DNA of 63,825 nucleotides, counting the filler. It is 4 parts of 4 records of this genome, joined end to end, with 100 filler letters (N's around TTAATTAATTAA, not from the genome) between each part and the next. Parts side by side here need not be neighbours in the genome. Positions count along the whole stretch, not along the records: positions 35,168 to 56,422 come from DRR723986_3443; positions 56,523 to 63,825 come from DRR723986_3477; 2 more parts are not named here. One strand, 5' to 3'. Position 1 is the first letter of the stretch; every line of letters starts with the position of its first letter. The notes beneath the pieces are model-generated. The model was not told the DNA's origin. It did no database searches and was given only the letters and a program-made list of their open reading frames with translations. The position numbers were made by a program, and so were the translations under genes. Below, one piece after another: positions 51,970-61,203 of the stretch.

Positions 51970-52263
51970 ATGATCCTGCATACCGTACAGGCCTCGCCCG
52001 GTTCTGCCGCCTTTGCCGACTGCCTGCGTGTGCTGGCGCCCAACGACACGGTGCTGCTGCTGGGAGACGGTGTCTATGCCGCCATCACCGGCAGTGAGGC
52101 GCTGGCCAGCCTGAGAGACTGCCAGGTGGCTGTCCACGTGTTGACGCAGGATGTCGCTGCAGCGGGTATCGGTGAGCTGCTGGCCGATGACGTCGCGCAG
52201 GCCGGCTACGCGGACTTCGTCGCCCTGACCGAAGTTTGCGCCCGCCAGCTTGCCTGGTACTGA
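51970..52263 (+). CDS. tusB: Sulfur relay protein TusB (DsrH family)
   Basis: MILHTV..SP, LLLGDGVY, YADFVALT..W. Confidence 0.88.
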   Translation: MILHTVQASPGSAAFADCLRVLAPNDTVLLLGDGVYAAITGSEALASLRDCQVAVHVLTQDVAAAGIGELLADDVAQAGYADFVALTEVCARQLAWY

Positions 52264-52265
52264 TT

Positions 52266-52592
52266 ATGACCAGCAAGCTCCCAGACACGGCCTTTGACAA
52301 GGAGGGCTTCCTCAGGCAATTGGACGCCTGGACACCTGCGGTCGCCGAACAGATTGCAGCGAGGGAGCAGATTGAGCTCACCGAGGCCCACTGGGAAGTA
52401 ATCGAGCTGTTACGGCGCTATTACCAGAGCTATGATGCCTCTCCCGCCATGCGGCCGCTGGTGAAATACTGTCGACTGGAACTGGGGGAGGAAAAGGGAC
52501 GCTCGATCTACCTGCTCTCGCTTTTCCCCGGCTCCCCGGCCAAGATCGGCAGCAAGATTGCCGGCTTGCCCAAACCCGATAATTGCCTGTGA
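52266..52592 (+). CDS. tusE: Sulfur relay protein TusE (DsrC family)
   Basis: DKEGFL, LTEAHWEVI, LFPGSPAK, AGLPKPDNCL. Confidence 0.93.
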   Translation: MTSKLPDTAFDKEGFLRQLDAWTPAVAEQIAAREQIELTEAHWEVIELLRRYYQSYDASPAMRPLVKYCRLELGEEKGRSIYLLSLFPGSPAKIGSKIAGLPKPDNCL

Positions 52593-52634
52593 CCGCGGAC
52601 CAACCGTCAACAGGCACCAGGAACTGAACTGCCC

Positions 52635-53729
52635 GTGCCCTTAACCCACGTCGACGTACCCGCTTACGACCGCCTGCTGGCGGACAAGGTCACCCGGGTG
52701 CTTGCCCGCTTTGCGCAGTTCGACCTTCCCCAGGCGACGGTCATTCCCTCCGCCCCATCCGGCTACCGCATGCGCGCCGAGTTTCGAATGTGGCATGAGG
52801 GCGACGAACTCGATTATGTGATGTTCGACCAGGCCGATCCGCGCACCCCGGTAAAGATCCGGGAGTTTCCCATCGCCTGCCTGGCGATCCAGCAAACCAT
52901 GGCGCTGTTGCAGCCCCGCCTCAGGGCAACGCCGGCGCTGCGGCGCAAACTCTTCCAGGTCGAGTTCCTGGCAACACTGACTGGCGACACCCTGGTGTCC
53001 CTCATCTACCACCGCCCGCTGGACGAGGACTGGGAACACGCCGCGCAGCATCTGGCAACAGAACTGGGTATTGCGATCGTTGGTCGCAGCCGCAAGCAGA
53101 AACGGATTATCGGCCGTGACCACGTGATGGAGTGCCTGACGGTTCACGGTCGCGAGTATCATTATCAGCAGGTCGAGCAGGCGTTTACCCAGCCCAACGC
53201 CAAGGTAAATACCCAGATGATTGAATGGGCGGTGGACAGCGCACGCGACTATCCCGGGGACCTGCTCGAACTGTACTGCGGCAACGGCAACTTCACCCTG
53301 CCACTGGCGGGCTGCTTTGCCAACGTAATTGCCACTGAACTGTCCAAGGTTTCAACCCGCTCCGCCCTGTCCAACATCGAGCGCAACGGTATAAGCAACG
53401 TGCACGTGGTGCGCCTGGCCGCCGCCGAGGTCAGCGAGGCGATGGCAGGAACGAGAGAGTTTCGTCGCCTGGCCACCCTGCCCCGGCCCCTGCGGGAGTT
53501 CCAGCTGGACACCGTTTTCGTCGACCCGCCCCGGGCAGGACTTGATGATGACACCCTGGGGATGGTGGCAGGCTTTCCCCGGGTTCTTTATATTTCCTGT
53601 AATCCGGAGACGCTTGCCGCCAATCTCCAGACCCTGCACCGCAGCCACAGGGTCGAGCGCTTTGCGCTGTTCGACCAGTTCCCTTACACGGACCACATGG
53701 AATGCGGCGTGGCGCTGGTGCGCCGTTAA
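52635..53729 (+). CDS. trmA: tRNA (uracil-54)-methyltransferase
   Basis: [49 protein letters not shown]. Confidence 0.96.
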   Translation: MPLTHVDVPAYDRLLADKVTRVLARFAQFDLPQATVIPSAPSGYRMRAEFRMWHEGDELDYVMFDQADPRTPVKIREFPIACLAIQQTMALLQPRLRATPALRRKLFQVEFLATLTGDTLVSLIYHRPLDEDWEHAAQHLATELGIAIVGRSRKQKRIIGRDHVMECLTVHGREYHYQQVEQAFTQPNAKVNTQMIEWAVDSARDYPGDLLELYCGNGNFTLPLAGCFANVIATELSKVSTRSALSNIERNGISNVHVVRLAAAEVSEAMAGTREFRRLATLPRPLREFQLDTVFVDPPRAGLDDDTLGMVAGFPRVLYISCNPETLAANLQTLHRSHRVERFALFDQFPYTDHMECGVALVRR

Positions 53730-53761
53730 CCAACCACCCTCAGGCAGCTAAGGAACGCAAT

Positions 53762-54046
53762 ATGGGCACAGCAAAGCTCAGCGACAGTGACATAGCGGCG
53801 GGCCTGCGCGGTTTGCCTGAATGGTCCTTGCAAGACAACAAACTCTATCGCCGCTTTCGCTTCCCGGACTTCGTCCAGGCCTGGGGGTTCATGAGCCGGG
53901 TGGCATTGCTGGCCGAGGCCATGGATCACCACCCCGAATGGGCCAATGTCTACGGCCAGGTCGATATTTCACTGACGACCCACGATGCCGGAGGTATCAG
54001 CAGGAAAGATTTCGAGCTCGCCGGGCGGATCGACGCACTGCGCTAG
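53762..54046 (+). CDS. phhB: Pterin-4-alpha-carbinolamine dehydratase
   Basis: [16 protein letters not shown]; start ATG 53762. Confidence 0.92.
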   Translation: MGTAKLSDSDIAAGLRGLPEWSLQDNKLYRRFRFPDFVQAWGFMSRVALLAEAMDHHPEWANVYGQVDISLTTHDAGGISRKDFELAGRIDALR

Positions 54047-54047
54047 C

Positions 54048-54935
54048 TCAGTAGCGGATTCCAAACGCCAGCAACCCCCGCCCCAGCACCTCGTCCAACT
54101 GATCGGCGTCATCGGCGTTGACTTCAATGTGACGCAGGGCATTTTCCTTGTACAGGTCGCGCTTGCGCAGCTTCATCGACAGCTCGTGGGCGGGCACGTC
54201 ATCATCCCAGCAATCCACGTAGACGCTGCCCTGTGGCAGGTAGAAATCGGCATAGGCGAGTTCTTCAAGCGGCAAGGGACGGCGGTGCGCATGGACCAGC
54301 TGCGCCATATACAGCCAGTTACACACCCGCTGCTCCAGGGGCGTCTGCAGGATGTGACCATCGACGCCGGTAAATGGGCCGGGGCCCCGGGGTGATTCGA
54401 ACAGGTCCGGCTCATCCACTGCCGCGTCCGGGGACGGCACCTGGTCGGACTGCCGGGTCAACTCACGGTGCACCACCGGATGATCGATGACCTCATGGGG
54501 CCAGCTGACATAGAAAGCCCCGGAATTCTCGCTCTCCTCCTGCTGTCCGCCCAGGGTTTTACCCAGGGTTGTCAGCTCCCAACCGAGAATACTGTGCTGT
54601 TGCAGACCCAACTCGGCGAGTGCGCGATTGATCTGCCGCGGATTTAGGCGAGGGTAATAGCGCCGCATCCCGGCGGCGGTGATACGCTGGTTGGACTCGA
54701 TCGCAATGAGCAGAGGGTGCTTTAGCAGCTTTGCGGGCCAGACGATGTAGCGACCGTAGCGCCGGCTTTCCTGGTAACCACCTCCTTCAAACTCACCCTT
54801 GGGCGTCAATACCCAGCTGTCAGCCTGGCGCAATATCCAGCCGTAATCCCTCAGCGTGACAAATAACTGCTGGACGGGGATTTCCAGTTTGCGCGCCAGC
54901 GCGGAAGTGGACAGCCTGTCTGCGTCACCACTCAC
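54048..54935 (-). CDS. Conserved hypothetical protein: two winged-helix/antirepressor-like repeats plus a degenerate PD-(D/E)XK-like C-terminal domain
   Basis: Repeats WVLTPKGEFEGG..YIVWP and WELTTLGKTLGG..YVSWP; C-terminal DGH..LEQRVCNWLY..ADFYL..VYVDCW. Confidence 0.6.
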   Translation of the reverse strand: MSGDADRLSTSALARKLEIPVQQLFVTLRDYGWILRQADSWVLTPKGEFEGGGYQESRRYGRYIVWPAKLLKHPLLIAIESNQRITAAGMRRYYPRLNPRQINRALAELGLQQHSILGWELTTLGKTLGGQQEESENSGAFYVSWPHEVIDHPVVHRELTRQSDQVPSPDAAVDEPDLFESPRGPGPFTGVDGHILQTPLEQRVCNWLYMAQLVHAHRRPLPLEELAYADFYLPQGSVYVDCWDDDVPAHELSMKLRKRDLYKENALRHIEVNADDADQLDEVLGRGLLAFGIRY

Positions 54936-54944
54936 TGTTCGATC

Positions 54945-55571
54945 TCAGCGAAACTCAGCGTAACGAGCCGCCAGTGCCCGGTAGACGTCATCGGCAAAGG
55001 ATTCACAGGCGGCATCAAGCGACTCAATCAGTTCGACCAGATGCTCATTATCTTCCCTGCCGCCCCAGCTCTTGAGGTAGGTGCCCTCCTTATAGCCATT
55101 ATCCTGGCGGAAGAAATTGAGCACGTTCTTACCGACATAAGCGTTGTACAGGCTGTCAAAATCGAGCCCGGAAGCCAGCATCAAGTCCCAGAAGCGGCTC
55201 GGCGAAAAGCTGTGGGTTTCCAGGGAATGCAGGGCCAGCGCCTCGGTCGCCTCCCGGACCCCCGCCCCACTGGGCGGATGTGCCTCGAGCTCGGCAATAA
55301 TGCTGCTGGCAAGATCTTCGATGCCCAGGCCATCGCGAAACAGCGCTGAGAGGCCGAAATGCCAGATATCAATGACCTCAAGTCGCACCTGCTCGATATC
55401 GGGCGTCTGCTTCTTCCACCATTTATAGCCGTAGTGCTCGATCAGTTCGCCACATTCTATCCAGATGGCGCGGTACCACTCGAAATCCTGGTTTATCCAG
55501 TCCTCGTGGACACGCGTATTCATGCTGTTCTGCATCTCCAGCATGTTGATCAGTGCCTGCTTCAAATCCAC
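54945..55571 (-). CDS. Dimeric (all-alpha) dUTPase family protein
   Basis: ECGELIEH.GYKWWK, EVIDIWHF, KNVLNFFRQDNGYK, EDNE; start GTG 55571. Confidence 0.88.
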   Translation of the reverse strand: MDLKQALINMLEMQNSMNTRVHEDWINQDFEWYRAIWIECGELIEHYGYKWWKKQTPDIEQVRLEVIDIWHFGLSALFRDGLGIEDLASSIIAELEAHPPSGAGVREATEALALHSLETHSFSPSRFWDLMLASGLDFDSLYNAYVGKNVLNFFRQDNGYKEGTYLKSWGGREDNEHLVELIESLDAACESFADDVYRALAARYAEFR

Positions 55572-55866
55572 CTGCCTCGATAGTTCCCTTAAACACGGCA
55601 CGATATAGCAGCGCCCCGGGCTGGGCAACAGTCTGCGCAGCCAAGTTCAAGCAGGCACGGCACACACCATATGCTCAGTGCCAGCTGTCTATAGCCCTCC
55701 TTCTTCACTTCAGGCTGTCCCGCAGAGCGCGCTCACCGAAAGGCCTATTTCTTGTTATTTCTGATTCTTAATGAATATACTGCCCTGAGCTTTGCCGTAC
55801 CCTTTAGTTTCGCGCGCCCGGTGGACGCCTGAAGGCGCAGACCTTTACCGGTAATGGAGTAACTTC

Positions 55867-56355
55867 TTGGATTACATTGATGAAGTGCTGGTGGCCCTGC
55901 GCCGGGTAATCCGGGCGACTGACCTGCACTCCAGGCACCTGTCCAAGACGACCGGCCTGACCGCGCCGCAGATTCTCCTCTTACAGGCGATACGGCGCCG
56001 GGAGGGTGCAACTATCGGAGAGCTGGCCCGGGAAATAAGCCTCAGTCAGGCAACCGTTACCAGTATCCTTGACCGGCTGGAAAAGCGGGAGCTGGTGTTT
56101 AGGGAGCGCTCCACAGCGGACAAGCGTAAAGTCCACGCCAAGCTGACCGACCAGGGCAATATCGTATTGCATGATGCGCCCTCGCCCTTGCAGGACGAGT
56201 TTGCAACGCAGTTTTCAGCGCTGCAGCCCTGGGAGCAAACCATGATCATTTCTGCGCTGCAGCGGGTAGCAAAGATGATGGACGCGCAAGACATCGACGC
56301 GGCGCCAGTACTGGATGTCGGCGTGCTTGACCGGCAGACTGCCGAACCGGAGTGA
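55867..56355 (+). CDS. MarR-family regulator, EctR/CosR-like
   Basis: LRRVIRATDLHSRHL.KTTGLT.PQ, SQATVTSILDRLE, DKRK, WEQ.MI.SALQRVA.MM. Confidence 0.85.
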   Translation: MDYIDEVLVALRRVIRATDLHSRHLSKTTGLTAPQILLLQAIRRREGATIGELAREISLSQATVTSILDRLEKRELVFRERSTADKRKVHAKLTDQGNIVLHDAPSPLQDEFATQFSALQPWEQTMIISALQRVAKMMDAQDIDAAPVLDVGVLDRQTAEPE

Positions 56356-56386
56356 CAGCGTTGGCCACTGAGGCCATCCGCATCGC

Positions 56387-56422
56387 TGGTGCCCCGGGGC
56401 GGGACTTGAACCCGCACGATCG
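56387..56422 (-). tRNA. 3' part of a tRNA (probably Leu), truncated by the contig edge
   Basis: Reverse complement CGATCGTGCGGGTTCAAGTCCCGCCCCGGGGCACCA: T-arm, acceptor 3' strand, discriminator A and CCA. The anticodon is not visible. Confidence 0.8.
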
Positions 56423-56522
56423 NNNNNNNNNNNNNNNNNNNNNNNNNNNNNNNNNNNNNNNNNNNNTTAATTAATTAANNNNNNNNNNNNNNNNNNNNNN
56501 NNNNNNNNNNNNNNNNNNNNNN
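56423..56522. other. Artificial contig spacer
   Basis: 44 N + TTAATTAATTAA + 44 N. Confidence 0.98.
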
Positions 56523-56802
56523 CAATCTGTGGATGGTGCTGATCAAAGCCACGCCGCTCTTGTTCCTGCTTGGCGTCGAAGACATCGTTTATTGGGCGCG
56601 CGAACTCGGGGGCACCAAGACCTCCAAATTCACCAGCTACCCGCATGGCGACTGGCGCATGTGGTATTTCTTGTTCCTGCTGGTGTTCTACCTCGCCTTT
56701 ACCCGCGTGTCCGAGATCTTCCTTGAGCGCATCATGACTAAACTCACCTACGGTCAGGCCACCTCTGGCGGCGAAGCCCAGCGTAAGGGGGCACCGGCAT
56801 GA
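56523..56802 (+). CDS. Polar amino acid ABC transporter permease (HisQ-like), 3' part
   Basis: NLWMVLIKATPLLFLLGVED followed by a C-terminal transmembrane helix. Confidence 0.85.
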
Positions 56803-56867
56803 AGAACCGTATTGCGCAACACAACCGGGTGCCGCACGCGCCTGTTACACAGGCGCTTTCGCGCACA

Positions 56868-56890
56868 CGACCTCCTTTCCAAGGAGGTCG
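56868..56890. repeat. Perfect inverted repeat containing the downstream Shine-Dalgarno sequence
   Basis: CGACCTCCTT-TCC-AAGGAGGTCG. Confidence 0.8.
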
Positions 56891-56893
56891 GGC

Positions 56894-57700
56894 ATGAGCT
56901 GTTTTCAAACCGTTCAGGACTATGGCCTGCGCTCCATCGGGTATGGCGAACGCCTGCTGCCCAAATCCGATTTCACCCTGTGTGAACAATTCACTCTGAT
57001 CGGGTCCGGCATGATCTGGAACATCTACTTTGGTGTTCTCGCGCTGTTGCTTGGGTTCTTTTTTGCGACCGCATTGGCGGTGGCCAAATCCTCGTCCAGC
57101 CGCTTGGTTCGCAAACCGGCAGAGTGGTTCATCTTTCTGTTCCGGGGCTCGCCGCTGTTCATTCAGTTCTTCTTTGCCTACTTCCTGTTTTTGAACCTCA
57201 AGGGGGTGCACCCCTTCTTTGGTCCGTTTACCGCTGCATGGCTCGGGGCCTTGATCACGCTGTTCCTGAACACCTCCGCCTACACGGCCGAGATCTTTTA
57301 TGGCGCGCTGCGCTCGATCCCCAAGGGCGACACCGAAGCCGCGGATGCCTATGGCATGTCCGGCTGGCCCCGGTTCAAACGGATCATCTGGCCCACCATG
57401 TTGCGCCTGGCCTGGCCTGCGTACACGAACGAAGCGATCTTTCTGTTTCACGCCACCACACTGGTCTATTTCTCGGGCTTTCCGGCGTGGCGGCAAAAAG
57501 GCGATGCGCTCTATTACGCCAGCTACTTTGCCGACAAAACGTTCAACCCCTTTGTGCCCTATCCCATTCTGGCGTTCTACTTCATCATGGTCACGCTGGT
57601 GATTGTGGGTGTGTTCGGGTTGGTCAACACTCGGCTGAACCGTCACCTGCCCTCGGCACGACGCGCCAAGCTGCGCATTCGCCCCAACCTGATCCGCTGA
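56894..57700 (+). CDS. Polar amino acid ABC transporter permease (HisM-like)
   Basis: FRGSPLFIQ, LNTSAYTAEI, EAA loop GDTEAADAYGMS, PAYTNE. Confidence 0.92.
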   Translation: MSCFQTVQDYGLRSIGYGERLLPKSDFTLCEQFTLIGSGMIWNIYFGVLALLLGFFFATALAVAKSSSSRLVRKPAEWFIFLFRGSPLFIQFFFAYFLFLNLKGVHPFFGPFTAAWLGALITLFLNTSAYTAEIFYGALRSIPKGDTEAADAYGMSGWPRFKRIIWPTMLRLAWPAYTNEAIFLFHATTLVYFSGFPAWRQKGDALYYASYFADKTFNPFVPYPILAFYFIMVTLVIVGVFGLVNTRLNRHLPSARRAKLRIRPNLIR

Positions 57701-57944
57701 TCACTGGCCGCGCCCATTCAAGACACTCCTTCACAAGGGCGCTTTGACGCGCCCAAGTGATCCCAATCTTTCCTCTGCCCCCAACACAACCATACAGAGA
57801 AGACCCCCCTCATATCTGCAAAACACCCCCTCAGGAGTGGTGTTTTGCAGTCATATCGCTTAAGATACGCCCATACATTCAATTTTCAGGTCTTCATAAA
57901 TTGGATCAGCTTTTTGCGCTGATCTTTCAAAGAAAGCTATTTCA

Positions 57945-59744
57945 GTGACTATCTGCGGTCGAAAAATCGACCTCGTCTGGCTGAGGTCATTCCAATATTC
58001 TACTTTCTTGGTTGCCCTTATTGGAGCATCCCTCTCCTTCGTTGCCTATGACATGTTGGAACGCGTAGAACATGAACGTGAAACCGCAAACTTTGCGCTG
58101 TCTGCCAATCATCCTGTCGCAAACCTCAGCAATAAGATTCAAACCAACCTCGCGGCAGTTCAGTCCCTTGTTGCATTTTACGAAAGTTCTGAATTTGTCA
58201 GCCGCAAAGAATTCGATACCTTTGCGTTGTCCGTTCTTGACTGGCATTCGAACCTACAGGCCTTGGAATGGCTACCAAAAGTCACGGCAACAGAACGTGC
58301 AGCTTTCGAAAGAAAGGCAAGATCAAGTGGGTTAGTGGCCTTTCATATCACCGAACAAGGGAGCGACGGGCAACTGATCCCCGCCCACGCGCGCTCTGAA
58401 TATTTCCCCGTCTTTTACATGCAGCCCATATCCGGAAACGAATCCGCTTTGGGTTTTGATCTGATGTCTGAGACAATCCGAAAAACGGCGCTCGAAACAG
58501 CTATCCGGCTCCGTCGGGTGACCGCCTCGCAGCCGGTAGCGCTGGTACAGGGACCAGAAAACAAACTGGGCATTCTCATCGCGGCTCCCGTTTTCTCCTC
58601 GACCTCTTCCACCTGGTACACGTCTGATCTTGCAGACTCAGTTCACGGAATTGTTCTGGCCGTTCTCCGGATAGACGATCTGATTGAGACCGCTATCGGG
58701 CCTTGGGCGGATCGGTTTGGAACCGCAGATATCCAAATGTTTGCAACCCTAAGCACAGGCGAACGCCAGTTGATCTATTCCAACCGAACCTCTGAATTGC
58801 AACGAACCACAAGTCCAGCCTTGTCTCAGAGCGTAGAAATCGCCAACCAAAAATGGCAGGTGATTATTCGCGCACCACCTGAATGGGCGACGACACACGA
58901 CCATTGGCTCCCCCCTCTTGCCCTGATATTTGGCCTTACCCTGACCACGATCGCAACTCTTGTGTATCGCTTGCGCCTTATCGGAATGGCCAAACTATCG
59001 GCCTTGTCCGCGTCCCTAGAGGAACAGAACCAAGAACTTCGAACCGTTTCCCAAACGCTTTCGAAATATCTCCCGCGCCAACTTTGGGGCGCGGTTATGG
59101 ACGGTGAAACCCGAGACGACATTTCAGCGAAACACAAACTCTTGACCATCTTCATCAGTGACATCGAGGGCTTCACCGAAATTTCAAGCACGTTGGATTC
59201 AGCCAACCTAACTCGGCTTCTGAATGAATATTTTGCTGAGATGTCTCAGATCGCTGCGCGCCACGGCGCAACACTGGACAAATACGTTGGGGACGCAATC
59301 ATCATGTTTTTTGGCGACCCGGTCAGCAAAGGGCAAAAGCAAGATGCCATAAATTGTGTGGCGATGGCGTTAGAAATGCAGGACCGTCTGGTGGGTTTGC
59401 GAAAGAAATGGCTCGATCTGGGGCATGGTGATCTGTTCCATGCCCGCATGGCGATTCACACAGGCTATTGCGACGTGGGAACATTCGGCAGCTCTGATCG
59501 GATGTCTTACACAATCATTGGTCTAGACGTAAATATCACTGCGCGCGTTCAAAAGCAGGGCATCTTGGATGGCGTAACCGTCACTGAAACAACCTATGAC
59601 CTCATCAAAGATGCATTTGAAATGGCAGACTGTAGACAAGTTCACCTCAAAGGGGTTCGCCACAAAGTGTGCCTGAGAAATGTTTACGGCAAAAAGACTC
59701 ATAAGGTTGATCTGCGCCCCCCTCAGCCCGGCATGGCGTCTTAG
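57945..59744 (+). CDS. CHASE-domain class III adenylate cyclase
   Basis: TM-CHASE-TM (ALEWLP, EYFPV, NESALGFD, LVQ) then a cyclase domain (FISDIEGFT, DKYVGDA, YTIIG.DVN..AR). The start is uncertain. Confidence 0.9.
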   Translation: MTICGRKIDLVWLRSFQYSTFLVALIGASLSFVAYDMLERVEHERETANFALSANHPVANLSNKIQTNLAAVQSLVAFYESSEFVSRKEFDTFALSVLDWHSNLQALEWLPKVTATERAAFERKARSSGLVAFHITEQGSDGQLIPAHARSEYFPVFYMQPISGNESALGFDLMSETIRKTALETAIRLRRVTASQPVALVQGPENKLGILIAAPVFSSTSSTWYTSDLADSVHGIVLAVLRIDDLIETAIGPWADRFGTADIQMFATLSTGERQLIYSNRTSELQRTTSPALSQSVEIANQKWQVIIRAPPEWATTHDHWLPPLALIFGLTLTTIATLVYRLRLIGMAKLSALSASLEEQNQELRTVSQTLSKYLPRQLWGAVMDGETRDDISAKHKLLTIFISDIEGFTEISSTLDSANLTRLLNEYFAEMSQIAARHGATLDKYVGDAIIMFFGDPVSKGQKQDAINCVAMALEMQDRLVGLRKKWLDLGHGDLFHARMAIHTGYCDVGTFGSSDRMSYTIIGLDVNITARVQKQGILDGVTVTETTYDLIKDAFEMADCRQVHLKGVRHKVCLRNVYGKKTHKVDLRPPQPGMAS

Positions 59745-59752
59745 CCCAGAAT

Positions 59753-59766
59753 AATTTGATCAAATT
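59753..59766. promoter_or_regulatory. Perfect 14-bp palindrome, candidate operator
   Basis: AATTTGATCAAATT, about 60 nt upstream of the GS-like gene. Confidence 0.5.
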
Positions 59767-59824
59767 CCGTGACAACCCGTTTTGCCTCCGGTACATCTCA
59801 ATCCAGAGCAACCGGGAGAGCACC

Positions 59825-61144
59825 ATGGACGTCAGCCATCTGCATACTTTGCGCATCGGGATTTGCGATCTGAACGGCCAGATGCGCGGCAAACGCGTGC
59901 CCTCTGCCTATGCAACCAAGCTCAGCACTGGCGCCGTCAGAATGCCCTTTTCCGCGCTCAACGTGGATTTGTGGGGCGCTGACATTGCCGACAGCCCACT
60001 GGTGTTTGAAACCGGCGATGCCGATGCGGTTCTCTTGCCCACGGATCGGGGCCCTGTTCCCATGCCATGGATCAACAGCCCAACCGCACTGTTCCCCATG
60101 ACCATGCACCACGACGACGGCACCCCCTTTGTTGGGGATCCACGCCACGCCCTGGCCGCTGTGCTGGATCGCTATGCCGCGCGGGGCTGGACCGTGATTG
60201 CCGCAACCGAGATGGAATTCACCTTGCTGGATGACAGCGGCGACGCCCCTCAGCCCCCCATAAACCCGCTGACACAGCGCCGCCTGATGGACGAAGCCGT
60301 CCTGTCGATGGCCGAGCTGGACGCCTTTGACGGCTTCTTTACCGATCTCTACGACGCTTGCGCGGCGATGGAGATACCCGCCCAAACCTCGATCTCAGAA
60401 AGCGGCATCGGACAGTTCGAAATCAACTTGAACCACCAAGACGCCCTGCGCAGCGCCGATGACGCTTGGCTGTTCAAGGATCTGGTACGCGGCCTTGCCC
60501 GCAAACACGGGTTTGCCGCGACCTTCATGTCCAAACCCTACGCAGATGACGCAGGCAACGGGATGCATGTGCATTTCTCCGTCGTGGACAAAGCCGGGCG
60601 CAACATCTTTGATGATGGCGGCCCAGACGGCACCGATCTGTTGCGCAACGCCGTGGCCGGGTGCCTTGCCGCCATGCCCGCCAGCACCCTGATTTTTGCC
60701 CCCCACGGCAATTCCTATGACCGACTGGTTCCCGGTGCCCACGCGCCCACGGCGGCGTGCTGGGCCTATGAAAATCGCACCGCAGCGATCCGCATTCCTG
60801 GTGGCGCACCCGCAGCCCGCCGGATCGAACATCGCGTTGCGGGAGGCGACATCAACCCCTACCTAATGCTTGCAACTGTCTTGGGTGCGGCGCTCATCGG
60901 CATCGAGGATTCCATGACACCGCCGCCCCCAATCACCGGCAACGCCTATGAGGTTCCCGATGTGCCGCAACTGGCCGCCAATTGGGCAGAGGCGATCACC
61001 GCGCTGGAATCCGATCCGCTTATGGCCCGGATCTTACCCGCCGATCTGATCCCTTACCTTGCCATGACCAAACGGCAAGAAATCGCGCGCTTCGCTGATC
61101 GCCCACCCGAAACCCATTGGCTAAGCTATCTGAACGCAGTGTAA
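59825..61144 (+). CDS. Glutamine synthetase-like gamma-glutamyl ligase (PuuA/PauA family)
   Basis: DLNGQMRGKR, EMEF, GQFEINL, TFMSKP, GNGMHVH, ENRTAAIRIP, EHRVAG; start ATG 59825. Confidence 0.9.
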   Translation: MDVSHLHTLRIGICDLNGQMRGKRVPSAYATKLSTGAVRMPFSALNVDLWGADIADSPLVFETGDADAVLLPTDRGPVPMPWINSPTALFPMTMHHDDGTPFVGDPRHALAAVLDRYAARGWTVIAATEMEFTLLDDSGDAPQPPINPLTQRRLMDEAVLSMAELDAFDGFFTDLYDACAAMEIPAQTSISESGIGQFEINLNHQDALRSADDAWLFKDLVRGLARKHGFAATFMSKPYADDAGNGMHVHFSVVDKAGRNIFDDGGPDGTDLLRNAVAGCLAAMPASTLIFAPHGNSYDRLVPGAHAPTAACWAYENRTAAIRIPGGAPAARRIEHRVAGGDINPYLMLATVLGAALIGIEDSMTPPPPITGNAYEVPDVPQLAANWAEAITALESDPLMARILPADLIPYLAMTKRQEIARFADRPPETHWLSYLNAV

Positions 61145-61203
61145 CGACTTGCTGCGTCTGCCGCTCTTCGTCTAGCGTGGCGCAGTCCAACATCAGGTGA
61201 TTT

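Noticed and set aside
51210-52592. dsrEFHC as evidence of sulfur oxidation
   Set aside because: There is no dsrAB, the context (after tRNA-Ser and yccA) is the usual tus locus, and TusE has only the terminal Cys. This fits the tRNA thiolation relay.
56744-57646. Minus-strand 300-aa ORF
   Set aside because: Antisense shadow of the ABC permease.
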